The notes: generated from the letters alone by a model not told the origin. A DNA stretch of 64,000 nt from an uncultured Candidatus Entotheonella sp. (GCA_965215335.1 CBDCDA010000001.1:128001-192000); one strand, 5' to 3'; counted from the stretch's first letter, positions 49,326-61,683 are shown. Translations and numbers: made by a program.

Positions 49326-50492
49326 TCAATAAGAACGCGGCATCCCCAGCACGTGCTGCCCGACGTAGGCCAGCACCAGATTGTTATTCACCGGCGCCGT
49401 CTTGTACAGGCGCGTCTCGCGGAATTTGCGTTCCACGTCGTACTCCGACGCGAAACCGTAGCCGCCGTGGCAGTCCAGGCAGGCGTTGGCCGCCTCCCAG
49501 GCGGCCTCTGACGACAGGTATTTCGCCATATTGGCCTGCGGGCCGCACGGCTCGCCGGCGTCGAACATGGCCGCCGCCCTGAGGCGCATCAGGTCGGCGG
49601 CCTCGACGGCCATGTGCGCCTTGGCGATCGGAAATTGCACCCCCTGATTGGCGCCGATCGGCTTGCCGAAAACGACGCGGTCCCTGGCGTATTGCGCCGC
49701 CTTTTCGACGAACCAGCGTCCGTCGCCGATCGACTGCGACGCCACCAGCACCCGCTCCGCGTTCATGCCGTCCAGGATGTGCGAAAACCCCTTGCCCTCG
49801 ACGCCGACCAGGCTGTCCGCCGGGATTTCCACGTCATCGAAAAACAGCACGTTGGTGGAATGATTCAGCATCGTTTGCAAGGGCCGCACCTCAAAACCCG
49901 GCAGGTCGCGGATGTCGAGCAGAAAAACGGACAGCCCCTCCGTGCGCTTGCGAACCTCGCTCGGCGGCGTCGTGCGCGCCAGCAACAGCAGCAAATCCGA
50001 CTGCATGACGCGCGAAATGAATATCTTCTGGCCGTTGACCACGTACGTGTCGCCCCGCCGCACCGCCGTCGTTTGCAACTGCGTCGTGTCGGAGCCGGAG
50101 TTGGGCTCCGTGACCCCGAACGCCTGCAGCCGCAGCGCGCCGCTGGCGAGCTGCGGCAGATAGCGCGCCTTCTGTGCCTCCGAGCCGTGCCGCAGCAGCG
50201 TGCCCATGATGTACATCTGCGCGTGGCAGGCCGCCGCGTTGCCGCCGGAACGATTGATCTCCTCCAGGATCAGGCCGCCCTCGAGGATGCCCAGGCCGCT
50301 GCCGCCGTATGCCTCTGGAATGAGCGCCGCGAGGTAGCCCGCCTTGCTCAGCTCCTGCACGAACGCCTCGGGATACGCGCGCCTGGCGTCCAATTCCCGC
50401 CAGTACGACCCCGGATAGAGCTGGCACAGGTCCGCGACCGCCTTGCGCAGCGCCTGTTGTTCCTCGGTGAGGGTGATGTGCATATCCACCAT
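49326..50492 (-). CDS. Acyl-CoA dehydrogenase
   Basis: VTEPNSGSD, NGQKIF, HGGYGF, ERKFRE motifs. Confidence 0.92.
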   Translation of the reverse strand: MVDMHITLTEEQQALRKAVADLCQLYPGSYWRELDARRAYPEAFVQELSKAGYLAALIPEAYGGSGLGILEGGLILEEINRSGGNAAACHAQMYIMGTLLRHGSEAQKARYLPQLASGALRLQAFGVTEPNSGSDTTQLQTTAVRRGDTYVVNGQKIFISRVMQSDLLLLLARTTPPSEVRKRTEGLSVFLLDIRDLPGFEVRPLQTMLNHSTNVLFFDDVEIPADSLVGVEGKGFSHILDGMNAERVLVASQSIGDGRWFVEKAAQYARDRVVFGKPIGANQGVQFPIAKAHMAVEAADLMRLRAAAMFDAGEPCGPQANMAKYLSSEAAWEAANACLDCHGGYGFASEYDVERKFRETRLYKTAPVNNNLVLAYVGQHVLGMPRSY

Positions 50493-50509
50493 GATGCTCC
50501 TGTGTCCTT

Positions 50510-52066
<1,557 letters not shown>

Positions 52067-52187
52067 CAGTGGGGGTTACTCCAGTCCTTGGCAGTGGCGG
52101 GCAGGTGGCGGCTATAATAACAGATGCTCGTCACCCACACCTATCGCAACGGCTTCTGGCCAGCAAGCTTTGCAGGGGAGGAATCGC

Positions 52188-53180
52188 ATGGCTCGACTCG
52201 GCATGGTGCTCTATCACGGCATTGACAGCGGCGCGGCGCTGGAATCGTATGCCCGCGCAGCAGAAACGGCGGGGTATGAGTCGTTGTGGGTGACCGAGCG
52301 CTACTTTCACGAGGAAACCTTCACGCTCCTCGGCTTCGTGGCGGCGGTGACGCAACGCCTGAAACTAGGGATAGGGGTCACCAATCCGTACACCCGGCAC
52401 CCGGCGCTGCTGGCGATGGCCAGCGCCAGTCTCGATCGCGTATCCGGTGGGCGGTTCATCCTGGGGATGGGAAGGAGCGAGCCCTTCATCATCCGCGACC
52501 GCCTGGGGCTCGACTACCGCCAACCGCGCACCGTGCTCGCCGAGGCGGTCGGCAGCATCCGGAACCTGCTCGCCGGCAATCGAGTGGACGCCACCGGCGA
52601 GCAGGTCACCATGCGCGACACCCGCCTCGCCATTCTGCCGGTGCAGCAGCCGCTGCCCATCTATCTCGCCGCCCTGGGCCCGCAGGCCCTGCGGCTGGCG
52701 GGCGCCGTTGCCGACGGTGTTATCCTCAACGCCTACGTGCCCACCGGCTACGTGCGCTACGCCGTGCGGGAAATTCGGGAAGCCGCCCGCCAAGCGGGCC
52801 GCGACCCCAAAGCCATCGACATCACCTGCATGCTGGTCGTGCGGTTGACACCGGACGCCGGGGCCGTCATTCCCGGGCTCAGGCAGCGCCTGGTGCGCCT
52901 CCTGGCCGAGCCCCACGTGGGAGAGATTCTGCTGGCACAAGGCGGCTTCGACGCGGACATTCTCAAGCCCCTGCGGGGGGCGCCGTCGCGCTCCGGCAGC
53001 GTGGCGACCGAACTCATCAGCGATGACATGGTGGAAGCGTTTTACCTGGTCGGCGACACCGCAACGTGCCAGGCCCGCATCGCCGATTACCGTGCCGCCG
53101 GCGTCGATGCGCCGCTGCTGCTACCGCGTCTGGAGGATTACATGCAGGTGGCTGAAGCGCTGCGGCCGCGAGCGCCTTGA
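52188..53180 (+). CDS. Luciferase-like (LLM) oxidoreductase, Mer-like
   Basis: GVTNPYTRHP, SGGRFILGMG, LAGAVADG motifs. Confidence 0.88.
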   Translation: MARLGMVLYHGIDSGAALESYARAAETAGYESLWVTERYFHEETFTLLGFVAAVTQRLKLGIGVTNPYTRHPALLAMASASLDRVSGGRFILGMGRSEPFIIRDRLGLDYRQPRTVLAEAVGSIRNLLAGNRVDATGEQVTMRDTRLAILPVQQPLPIYLAALGPQALRLAGAVADGVILNAYVPTGYVRYAVREIREAARQAGRDPKAIDITCMLVVRLTPDAGAVIPGLRQRLVRLLAEPHVGEILLAQGGFDADILKPLRGAPSRSGSVATELISDDMVEAFYLVGDTATCQARIADYRAAGVDAPLLLPRLEDYMQVAEALRPRAP

Positions 53181-53205
53181 CCCATCCCGGGCCTGAAACC
53201 CGCCT

Positions 53206-55419
53206 TTACGCGGAAAGCTCGGCCAGCGTCTGCAGCAGGGCGACGGCATCGGCCGTCGCTGGCAAGACGAACTGCGCCCTGGAGAACCCCGTTCCCGTCT
53301 TGACCGTCCATTGTTCCGGTGGAACCACCTCGAAAAGTGCCTCGTCGGCGTGCTGGCCGCCGAGGGCGATGATGAAATCCGCCCCGGTGGCGGTGATGAT
53401 CTGCGCGCCGACCATGCCCTTGTGAATCTCGGCCCACTTGATCTCGACCAGCTTGTTGCCCCTGTGCGCCTGAAGCCCGCTGCCGGACAGCAAGGCTTGC
53501 AATTGGCCGTAGAGTTCGTGTGCCTGCCACAGGCCGAATTCGGGGTCGGCAAGATGATACTGCCAGCCGAGCGAATGACCCCGTTCTTCCAGCGCGGAGC
53601 CGGGGGTACGCGCCATCGCCTCCTCCAGAATCGGTCGCACCGTGGTCTTCCAGTCATCGTCCAGATCCGCCCGGGTGCGTCGCCAGGGCACCTGCGGGCC
53701 TTCACGAATCCAGCCGCCCTCCTCGGCCACCAGAACGGCGCCGCACGAACCGAACCAGTTCTCCATGGTGTCTCGGTCCTGCCCACTCAAGACCGCCATC
53801 GTATTGCGCGCGTCCTGGCTCAGGGCCTGCAGGGCCTGCAGCAGATCGGCATCCGGTGCGGTGCGGTACCAGCGTTCCACGGACGAGGCCGGGGCACCGT
53901 CATATCCCAGCAGCAGGATACGCTTTCCCGCCTTGGCGTAGGCGACGAGCAGCCGCCGCTGCGCGGCATCGTTCAGCGCACGTGGCGTGCGCTGTGTCTG
54001 CACGCTCGTCAACTCGTCCAGGAATTTCTGCGCCCAGGCGTGCACCGTGTGGGCACAAACGCGCCGGTGCAAGGCACCCATCCGGTCGGCCAGCGCCTCG
54101 TCGGAGGACGACAGCACTTCATGCATACGCGCCGCCATGCCCTCGGTGTCGTAGGGATTGACGAAGAACGCCTCGCCCAGCTCCGACGAGGCCCCGGCGA
54201 ACTCGCTGAGAATCAGCGCCCCGGCGCGCTCCGTCTGACACACGGCGTATTCCTTGGCGACCAGATTCATGCCGTCGCGCAGCGGCGTCACCAGCGCAAC
54301 GTCAGCGCGTCGCAGCAGGGCGCAAATCTCGGCAAACGGCAGGTTGCGGTGCACGTATTGGACCGGCGTCCAGGTGGTGGTGCCGTAGGTGCCGTTGATC
54401 TCGCCGACCAACTCGTCCACCTGCCGCCGCAAGTCCTGATAGGCCGTCACCTGCTCGCGTGACGGCACGGCCACTTGCACCAGGGTCACCGCCTCGCGCC
54501 ACTCGGGGTGCGCCCCGAGCAGCCGTTGATAGGCGCGCAGGCGGCCGGGAATGCCCTTGGAATAATCCAGCCGGTCCATGCCCAGGATGACCTTGCGGTC
54601 ACCCATCGCCTCATCCAGCCGCCGGAACTCCTCGAGCGCGTCGGCGTCCGAATGCAGCGCCTCGAGGAACTGTTCGGGATCGACGCTGATCGGATGCACC
54701 GCGCAACGCACCGGGCGTCCTTCATAGCTCAAGGCGTTCATCTCGGCGGCGATGCCCAACACCCGATAGACGGAGTACAGAAAGTTCTGCAGGTTGTTGA
54801 ACGTCTGGAAACCCACCACGTCGGCACCCAGCAGACCGCGCAACAGGGCCTCGCGGCAGGGCAGCACGCGGAAGAGTTCGGAAGGCGGGAAGGGGGTGTG
54901 CAGGAAGAAGCCGATTCTGGCCTCGGGGAATCGTTCGCGCAGCATTTCGGGCAGCAGGAACAGGTGGTAATCGTGCACCCAGATCAACTCGTCGCCATGC
55001 ACCTCCTCGGCCACCGCGTCGCAGAACAGTCGATTGACCTCGACGTAGGCTTCCCAGTCGTCATCGTCATAGACCACGTGCGCTTCGAAGAAGTGGCACA
55101 GCGGCCACAGCGCGCCGTTGCTGAATCCGTAGTAATACCGCTGGACCTGATCGTCGGTAAGGTAAACGGGGGAGAAGCGATACGTGTCGCGCAGCAGACG
55201 GGTCAGCCGACGGCGGTCGGAAGCCGACTCGTAACCGCTGCCGGGCCAGCCGAGCCACAGGCTGTCGCGCGTCGCATGCGGGTGGGAGAGCGCGGTTGCC
55301 AAACCACCGGAACTCCGCTCGACGGTGAATTCGTCGCCGTCCTGGTGGATGGTCACCGGCAGGCGATTCGAGACGATCAGGAGTCGGGGCGCCGCTGCCG
55401 TGTCGTCAGCCTGGGACAT
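53206..55419 (-). CDS. Fused trehalose-6-phosphate synthase / phosphatase-like protein
   Basis: SNRLP, GGLAT, WVHDYHL, DRLDYSKG, DGMNLVAKEY; C-terminal HAD-like domain with altered motifs. Confidence 0.92.
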   Translation of the reverse strand: MSQADDTAAAPRLLIVSNRLPVTIHQDGDEFTVERSSGGLATALSHPHATRDSLWLGWPGSGYESASDRRRLTRLLRDTYRFSPVYLTDDQVQRYYYGFSNGALWPLCHFFEAHVVYDDDDWEAYVEVNRLFCDAVAEEVHGDELIWVHDYHLFLLPEMLRERFPEARIGFFLHTPFPPSELFRVLPCREALLRGLLGADVVGFQTFNNLQNFLYSVYRVLGIAAEMNALSYEGRPVRCAVHPISVDPEQFLEALHSDADALEEFRRLDEAMGDRKVILGMDRLDYSKGIPGRLRAYQRLLGAHPEWREAVTLVQVAVPSREQVTAYQDLRRQVDELVGEINGTYGTTTWTPVQYVHRNLPFAEICALLRRADVALVTPLRDGMNLVAKEYAVCQTERAGALILSEFAGASSELGEAFFVNPYDTEGMAARMHEVLSSSDEALADRMGALHRRVCAHTVHAWAQKFLDELTSVQTQRTPRALNDAAQRRLLVAYAKAGKRILLLGYDGAPASSVERWYRTAPDADLLQALQALSQDARNTMAVLSGQDRDTMENWFGSCGAVLVAEEGGWIREGPQVPWRRTRADLDDDWKTTVRPILEEAMARTPGSALEERGHSLGWQYHLADPEFGLWQAHELYGQLQALLSGSGLQAHRGNKLVEIKWAEIHKGMVGAQIITATGADFIIALGGQHADEALFEVVPPEQWTVKTGTGFSRAQFVLPATADAVALLQTLAELSA

Positions 55420-55490
55420 GATGTCGCTCTTTCCACAAACCCGCCACGCTGCGCAGGATACCGGGCGGCGTCTACGGTTGACGATGGTTG

Positions 55491-56594
55491 TCAGTTTTCC
55501 GGCATTTCGCCCAGGGCCAATTCGACCATGCGCCGCTGCTGCTGGCGGAGAAACTCGATCCGCACCGTCTTGCCGACCGGGCTGGCTGCAACCGCCGTTT
55601 GCAGGTCGAAGGGGGAGTTCACCGCGCGGCCGTCGAAGCCAATGATGATGTCGCCGATGGCGAGGCCGGCCTGCTGTGCGGGCTGGTCCTTCAACACCTC
55701 ATGTACATAAGCACCACGCGGCGACTCGAGCCCCAGACGGATGATCTTGTCGCGGTCGAGCGGGTCAATGCGCACGCCCAGGTAGGCGCGCTTCACACGG
55801 CCATAGTCATGAAGCTGTGGCAGGGAGGCTTTGACGGCGTTGACCGGAATGGCAAAACCCATGGCGCCGCGCCCGATGGTGGCGGTGTTCACACCGACCA
55901 CCTCGCCGTGCATGTTGACGAGTGGCCCACCGCTGTTACCCGTCGTGATGGGAGCATCCGTTTGCAGGTAGCCACCGACCGCGCTGGAGCGCAGGAAATT
56001 GCGCCGCTTGGCGCTGACGATCCCGAACGTCACCGAGTGCTCAAAGCCGAACGGACTGCCGATAGCCACCACAAGCTCGCCGACCCGCAGCGCCTCCGAA
56101 TCCCCCAGCGGCACAACGGGCAGCGGGGTTGCGGCTTCGATCTGCAACAGCGCCATGTCGCCAATGGTGTCGCGGCCCAGCACCCTGGCCCGGGTCTGGG
56201 TGCCGTCAAAAAGTCGGACGTGGATTTCTTCCTTGTCTCCCACCACGTGCTGGTTGGTGATCGCCAGCCCGTCGGCCTTGATGATAAAACCGCTGCCGGT
56301 GATGGGGGCGCTGGGGTCCGGCACCGGTGGGTGGTTGCGCGGCATGGGAGCAGCACCCTTGTCGCTGCGTACCTGCAGGCTGATGACGGCCGGCAGCACC
56401 CGCGCGGTCAGGTCCAGCAAGGCGTCATTCAACTGCTGCAAGGCCGGCAGGGCCGCTTGGCCGGGGGCCTGCTCGGTCCACAGCCGTTGGGCTTCCACGC
56501 CGGCGACGCTGGTTACCAGAAACGCGAGGGCGATCAGCAGGAGACCGGTACGACGGACCACACGGCAGGCGTTGAGCTTACGATGAGTCAACAC
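55491..56594 (-). CDS. HtrA/DegP-like serine protease with one PDZ domain
   Basis: GSGF, TNQHVV and GNSGGPL motifs; signal peptide. Confidence 0.92.
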   Translation of the reverse strand: MLTHRKLNACRVVRRTGLLLIALAFLVTSVAGVEAQRLWTEQAPGQAALPALQQLNDALLDLTARVLPAVISLQVRSDKGAAPMPRNHPPVPDPSAPITGSGFIIKADGLAITNQHVVGDKEEIHVRLFDGTQTRARVLGRDTIGDMALLQIEAATPLPVVPLGDSEALRVGELVVAIGSPFGFEHSVTFGIVSAKRRNFLRSSAVGGYLQTDAPITTGNSGGPLVNMHGEVVGVNTATIGRGAMGFAIPVNAVKASLPQLHDYGRVKRAYLGVRIDPLDRDKIIRLGLESPRGAYVHEVLKDQPAQQAGLAIGDIIIGFDGRAVNSPFDLQTAVAASPVGKTVRIEFLRQQQRRMVELALGEMPEN

Positions 56595-56668
56595 GATGAA
56601 CCTCCTGACGCAACGCCAACAACGAACTCCGAAACACGACTGACGGCCCGTGCTCCTGGTCGGGTCGT

Positions 56669-58249
56669 CTAGATAATGATGCGTGGCTCCCTGCCCGGGT
56701 CAGGCGCCGCGCCGGTGGACGGTGTGGGGAACGGCATGACGATGCGGTTCCCCGGCCGCTTCTTGGCGCCTTCCAGGCTACGCTCCAGCAACGCCCCGGC
56801 GAAGGGATTGAGACGCAAGCGGTCCGGATCGTCAGTGCGCAAAGACTCCGCCGCTGCCAAAGCCCACAGAGCCTCGCGGCGCCGGTCCGTTTGCAGGAAG
56901 CAATAAGCCGTTTCCTCCAAGCGCAAACGCATGACGGCGCGCGCTTCTTCCCCCAGCACCTCCTGCATGGCGCTCTCGAAGACGCGGTCGATGCGTTCCC
57001 GCCGCATCGCCTCGCTGACCACGATCTTGCTCCCGTCGATCTCTGCCAAGGCGTCGCCGTACGTCTGCACCACCGACTCCGGCAGGGTCCAGCCGGCCAG
57101 TTCCGGCAGTTCCAGCAGGTCGCTGGCGTGGGCGTCTTGCGCCTTGGCCATTTCCAATTCTGCCGGGCTGAGCGCCTCGTAGATCGCACCGGTTTCCGGC
57201 ATCGTCTCCGGCTCACCGATGAGGTCGCGCAGCATGAAGAATTCCTCCGGCACGGGCGTACGCGTGGCGAGGTTCATCTGTCGCACCAGAGCGATCTGAC
57301 GCTGGCAGTGGGCGGGCTCCAGATCGATAAGCGGCGCCTGCACCGAGTCGAGCATCTCGGGCAATTCGCGGCGGCTCATCTGGAGCGCCCTGGCGAAGCG
57401 AACACCCGTGCCGTAGTTGAGCACCAGGTAGGCGATCTGATGGCTCCCGCCCGCCCGGCTACGGATCATCAGGATCATGCGGTCCCCGGCGCCGTCGATG
57501 AAACTCGCCAGGCAGCGTTCCAGGCGACTCGCGGCGGCGCCGAGCACAACGTGACGCGGGGCCTGATTTTCCTTGAAGACGACGCCCAGCGACTTGAGGC
57601 GATGCAGGGCTTTCCTGACGGCCTTTTGCAGGGATCTGGAAGGGGAATCCGAGAGCATGTCCATCAGCATCATGGCGCTGCCGGTCAGCGGGATGGCGGC
57701 CAGTCCGTCCACCAGTGCCGGCAAATCCGCTGTCTCGACCTCCGGCCGCACCGTGCGCAGGACCGCAAGACCCCGTACCAGATCGCCCAGGGCCGCCTGC
57801 CGCGCCACGTCCACCGCCAAGGCCAGGGGCAGGACCCGCACCGTGGCGTCCAGCGGCGCGGTCAGCGTCTCGTCTTCGCCAAGCTCCGGCGGCTCGTCCG
57901 CACCCAGTTGCCGTACCACCTCGGCCGCTCGTCGCAGCGCCTCGAGGTAATCGACGTCGACCGGACACCCCAGGGCTTCGAGGACCTCGAGCGCCTCGAC
58001 TCGCACCGCCAAGGGCGCCTCGGAACCACGGCTCCAGCGTTCCAGCAATGGGGCCAGATCAGTCGCCTCGTCAGTCCGCACGGCTGCCAGGACAACCCGT
58101 TGCTGCCCTTCGTCGAGTCGCCGGAACCGCTGCGCGATGAACTTGTCGAAATCCGCGTACTCCCGGCGCAAACGCCCCACGTCGGCCTCGGCCTCCGCAG
58201 CCAAGGCCGCAATGCGTTGCGCCAGGGAAAGTTTGACCACGCTGTTCAC
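56669..58249 (-). CDS. Hypothetical protein, helical N-terminal half
   Basis: Long ORF with host-like codon usage; GTG start with AGGA RBS; no family recognised. Confidence 0.75.
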   Translation of the reverse strand: MNSVVKLSLAQRIAALAAEAEADVGRLRREYADFDKFIAQRFRRLDEGQQRVVLAAVRTDEATDLAPLLERWSRGSEAPLAVRVEALEVLEALGCPVDVDYLEALRRAAEVVRQLGADEPPELGEDETLTAPLDATVRVLPLALAVDVARQAALGDLVRGLAVLRTVRPEVETADLPALVDGLAAIPLTGSAMMLMDMLSDSPSRSLQKAVRKALHRLKSLGVVFKENQAPRHVVLGAAASRLERCLASFIDGAGDRMILMIRSRAGGSHQIAYLVLNYGTGVRFARALQMSRRELPEMLDSVQAPLIDLEPAHCQRQIALVRQMNLATRTPVPEEFFMLRDLIGEPETMPETGAIYEALSPAELEMAKAQDAHASDLLELPELAGWTLPESVVQTYGDALAEIDGSKIVVSEAMRRERIDRVFESAMQEVLGEEARAVMRLRLEETAYCFLQTDRRREALWALAAAESLRTDDPDRLRLNPFAGALLERSLEGAKKRPGNRIVMPFPTPSTGAAPDPGREPRIII

Positions 58250-58358
58250 CTTGCTGTCCTTAATGGATTGCGTCGGGCGAAGGCGAAAACTGCCGGAGGG
58301 TCTTTTGCCTTTTGCCAAGTGGTGGTTTATAGTGGGCGGGATCACAACCTATGGGGAA

Positions 58359-58431
<73 letters not shown>

Positions 58432-58542
58432 GGCAAAACAAGGGTTGTATCCTAAGTCGACTGGTCTGACTCGTCAAGGAAGATTTTATCCGAGGCTCTC
58501 CATGCCGGCTCGGGATTCCTCATCGGGAAGGGAGCTCAGCGC

Positions 58543-58731
58543 ATGGTAATACCGTTGTTCGTCAGTGGTCTGATCATCGGATTTCTCATCGGGGTGTTTT
58601 CCTGCTACACCCTCATCCAATGGCTAAGCCGTCAGCGCGTGCGCGGGAGAAAGCGCGAAGTCGATCTTCTGACCGATCAGTTTCAGGAACTCTTCCGGAA
58701 GATTGACCAGGACAAGAATCAGAACGCGTGA
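58543..58731 (+). CDS. Small single-TM hypothetical protein
   Basis: GGAG RBS, hydrophobic N-terminus, directly upstream of lutA. Confidence 0.6.
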   Translation: MVIPLFVSGLIIGFLIGVFSCYTLIQWLSRQRVRGRKREVDLLTDQFQELFRKIDQDKNQNA

Positions 58732-58749
58732 ACCCACGGAGAAGGACCC

Positions 58750-59535
58750 ATGACCGAACCCACCGGCCGCCGACGGCCGACGCGGGTAGCCCTGTTCGTA
58801 ACCTGTCTGGGCGACGCTTTCTACCCGCAAGTGGGGGAAGCTGCCGTACGCCTGCTGCGCCGTCTGGGAATTGTCGTCGATTTTCCCCTTGGCCAGACCT
58901 GTTGCGCCCAGCCCGCCTTCAATGCCGGCTTTCATCACCAGGCCCGCCAGGTCGCGCAACGCAATCTCGCCCTCTTTGCCGACCATGAATACGTCGTCGT
59001 CCCTTCGGGTTCCTGCACGGCGATGATCCGTCTGTTTTATCCCGACCTGTTTGCCGAAGACCCTCGCCTGCGCCAGCAGGCCGAGTCGCTGGCCGCGCGC
59101 ACCTACGAATTGTCGGAGTTTCTGTTCAACATCGTCGGCACCGACGACGTTGGCGCGGTGTTTACGGGCAAGGTGGCCTATCACGCCTCTTGCCACTTGC
59201 AGCGCGAGCTCGGCGTCACGGAAGCGCCGCGGCGGCTGCTCTCGCGAGTCGTCGGCGTCGAGGCGTGCGACGCCGAGATGTCGGAGCAGTGCTGCGGCTT
59301 CGGCGGCACGTTCGCGGTGAAGTACCCGGAGATTTCCAGCGCCATGCTCGAGAAAAAGATCGCCAGTCTGCAGCGCGCCGGGGCCGATACGCTGGTGTCC
59401 TGCGACGCCGGCTGCCTGATGCACATCGCCGGACGGCTCCGGCGGCAGGGGATGAACGTGCGGGTCATGCACCTCGCCGAATTGCTGAACACCGGCCACA
59501 ACGCCGAGGAGCCGCACCATGCATCTGGGAACTGA
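58750..59535 (+). CDS. lutA: Lactate utilization protein A (CCG-domain Fe-S protein)
   Basis: QTCCAQP, SGSC, YHASCH, CCGFGG motifs. Confidence 0.9.
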   Translation: MTEPTGRRRPTRVALFVTCLGDAFYPQVGEAAVRLLRRLGIVVDFPLGQTCCAQPAFNAGFHHQARQVAQRNLALFADHEYVVVPSGSCTAMIRLFYPDLFAEDPRLRQQAESLAARTYELSEFLFNIVGTDDVGAVFTGKVAYHASCHLQRELGVTEAPRRLLSRVVGVEACDAEMSEQCCGFGGTFAVKYPEISSAMLEKKIASLQRAGADTLVSCDAGCLMHIAGRLRRQGMNVRVMHLAELLNTGHNAEEPHHASGN

Positions 59536-60964
59536 GGGCTTTCAGGACCACGCCAGACAGGCCTTGCAAGACGAGCCGCTGCAAAAAGCCCTGCACCTCC
59601 TGACCACCGAATTCGTGCCGCGGCGCGTGGCGGCCATGCAGGCGCTCGGCGATCCCGAGGCACTGCGCACCCGGGCGCGCGCGGTCAAGGAACGGGCGAT
59701 TGCGCAGCTCGACACGTATCTGGAACGCTTCGCCGACAACCTGGACAGGCTGGGCGCCCACGTGCATTGGGCGCACGACGCCGCCGAGGCGCGCGACGTC
59801 ATCACCCGCATTGCCCGGCAGGCGGACGCCAAGGTCATCGTCAAGGGCAAGTCGATGGCTGCCGAGGAGATTCATCTCAATCCGCACCTGGAAGAACTGG
59901 GATACGAGGTCCTGGAGACCGACCTCGGTGAATACATCATCCAGCTCGCCGAGGAGACGCCGTCGCACATCATCGCGCCCGCCATTCACAAGACCCGCCA
60001 ACAGATCGCATCGTTGCTGCACGACAAGCTCGGCGACCCATACACCGAAGAACTGCCCGGCATGACGCAGATCGCCCGCCGCGCCCTGCGCCGGCAGTTT
60101 TTGCGTGCCGACGTGGGCATCACGGGCGTCAATTTCGCCATCGCCGACACCGGCTCGATCGTCCTGGTGACCAATGAGGGCAACGGGCGGTTGTCGTCCA
60201 CCCTGCCGCGGGTGCACATCGCACTGATGGGCATGGAGAAGATCATCCCGCGGCTCGACGACCTGCCGGTGATGCTGAAGGTGCTGACGAACAGCGCCAC
60301 CGGCCAGAAGATATCCAGCTACGTCACCATGATTACCGGACCGCGGCGGGCGCACGACCTCGACGGTCCCGAGGAACTGCACGTGGTCGTCATGGACAAC
60401 GGGCGCTCCGACATCCTGGGAAGCGAGAACCGTGAGGCGCTCTACTGCCTGCGCTGCGGCGCCTGCCTCAACGTCTGCCCGATCTATCAAAACATCGGCG
60501 GCCACGCCTACGGCTGGGTGTATCCCGGCCCGATCGGCGCCGTGCTGACCCCGCTGTTCACCGGTCTGGACACGGCCAGGCATCTGCCGCGCGCCAGCAC
60601 GCTGTGCGGCGCCTGCCGCGAGGCGTGTCCGGTCAAGATCGACATCCCCCACATGCTGCTGAACCTGCGGCGCCAGAGCGTCAGGCGCGGCGACGCGCCG
60701 GCCGCCGAGGGGCGGCTGTTTTCGTTGTGGGCGTGGGTCATGCGGCGACCGGGGCTGTACCGGCTGGCGCTGCGGCTGGCGCGGCTGGGCCAGATGCCCT
60801 TCGCGCGGCGTGGCTGGTTGGGGAGGCTGCCACCGCCGTTCCACAACTGGACGCAGGCGCGCGACTTCAAGGCGATTGCGCCGAAGTCGTTCCGGGATCG
60901 TTGGCAGGCCACCCTGCAGTACGAGCAGCCCGGCCGCAAGGGTGCAGGTGGAAGGGCATCATGA
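59519..60964 (+). CDS. lutB: Lactate utilization protein B
   Basis: KGKSM, ETDLGE, NEGNG, CLRCGACLNVCP motifs. Confidence 0.92.
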   Translation: MHLGTEGFQDHARQALQDEPLQKALHLLTTEFVPRRVAAMQALGDPEALRTRARAVKERAIAQLDTYLERFADNLDRLGAHVHWAHDAAEARDVITRIARQADAKVIVKGKSMAAEEIHLNPHLEELGYEVLETDLGEYIIQLAEETPSHIIAPAIHKTRQQIASLLHDKLGDPYTEELPGMTQIARRALRRQFLRADVGITGVNFAIADTGSIVLVTNEGNGRLSSTLPRVHIALMGMEKIIPRLDDLPVMLKVLTNSATGQKISSYVTMITGPRRAHDLDGPEELHVVVMDNGRSDILGSENREALYCLRCGACLNVCPIYQNIGGHAYGWVYPGPIGAVLTPLFTGLDTARHLPRASTLCGACREACPVKIDIPHMLLNLRRQSVRRGDAPAAEGRLFSLWAWVMRRPGLYRLALRLARLGQMPFARRGWLGRLPPPFHNWTQARDFKAIAPKSFRDRWQATLQYEQPGRKGAGGRAS

Positions 60965-61683
60965 GTAGCCGGGAGGCCTTTCTGGCGCGGGTGCGGCAGG
61001 CCCTGCGGACGGAAAGACAACCCCACCCTGCGGGAGCGGCATCCCCGGAGCACGGGGAGGCCGTTTCCCTGGCGACGGAAGGGGAGGACCTGGCCGCCCG
61101 TCTGCAACGCGAACTGGAAGGCGTCGGCGGCAGCGTGGCGCGGGTCCGGCACGTGGCGGAGGCGGCGCAATACATTGCCCGCCTGGCGCGGGAGAAGGGC
61201 GCCGAAGTCGTGGTGCGCTGGCAGTCGGATTTGCTGGATACGCTGGAGATCGACGACGCGCTCGAGGCCGGCGGCGCCAACGTGCACACCGCTTCGCCAA
61301 TGGGCGAAGCGGAGGTAGCCGGCCGCCGTCAGGAGCTACGCGATTTGCTGGCCCGCGCCGACCTGGGCCTTTCGGGCGTGGATGCCGTCATTGCTGAAAC
61401 GGGCACCCTGATGCTGACCGCACAGCCCGGCCAGATGCGCGGCGTGTCGCTCCTGCCGCCCGTGCACGTCGCCGTCGCCCGCACCGACCAGGTGGTAGCC
61501 ACCTTCGCCGATGCTCTGCGTGCCGTCCGGCAGACGGGCGAGGACATGCAGCAGAACCTCACCAGTTGCATCTCGTTCGTCACCGGCCCCAGTCGCACCG
61601 GCGACATCGAGCTCAAGCTCACCGTCGGCGTGCATGGTCCGGGTGAGTTGCACCTCGTCCTGCTGGACGAGCCCGGCACCTGA
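60961..61683 (+). CDS. lutC: Lactate utilization protein C
   Basis: SLLPPVH and GPSRTGDIE...GVHGP motifs. Confidence 0.9.
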   Translation: MSSREAFLARVRQALRTERQPHPAGAASPEHGEAVSLATEGEDLAARLQRELEGVGGSVARVRHVAEAAQYIARLAREKGAEVVVRWQSDLLDTLEIDDALEAGGANVHTASPMGEAEVAGRRQELRDLLARADLGLSGVDAVIAETGTLMLTAQPGQMRGVSLLPPVHVAVARTDQVVATFADALRAVRQTGEDMQQNLTSCISFVTGPSRTGDIELKLTVGVHGPGELHLVLLDEPGT

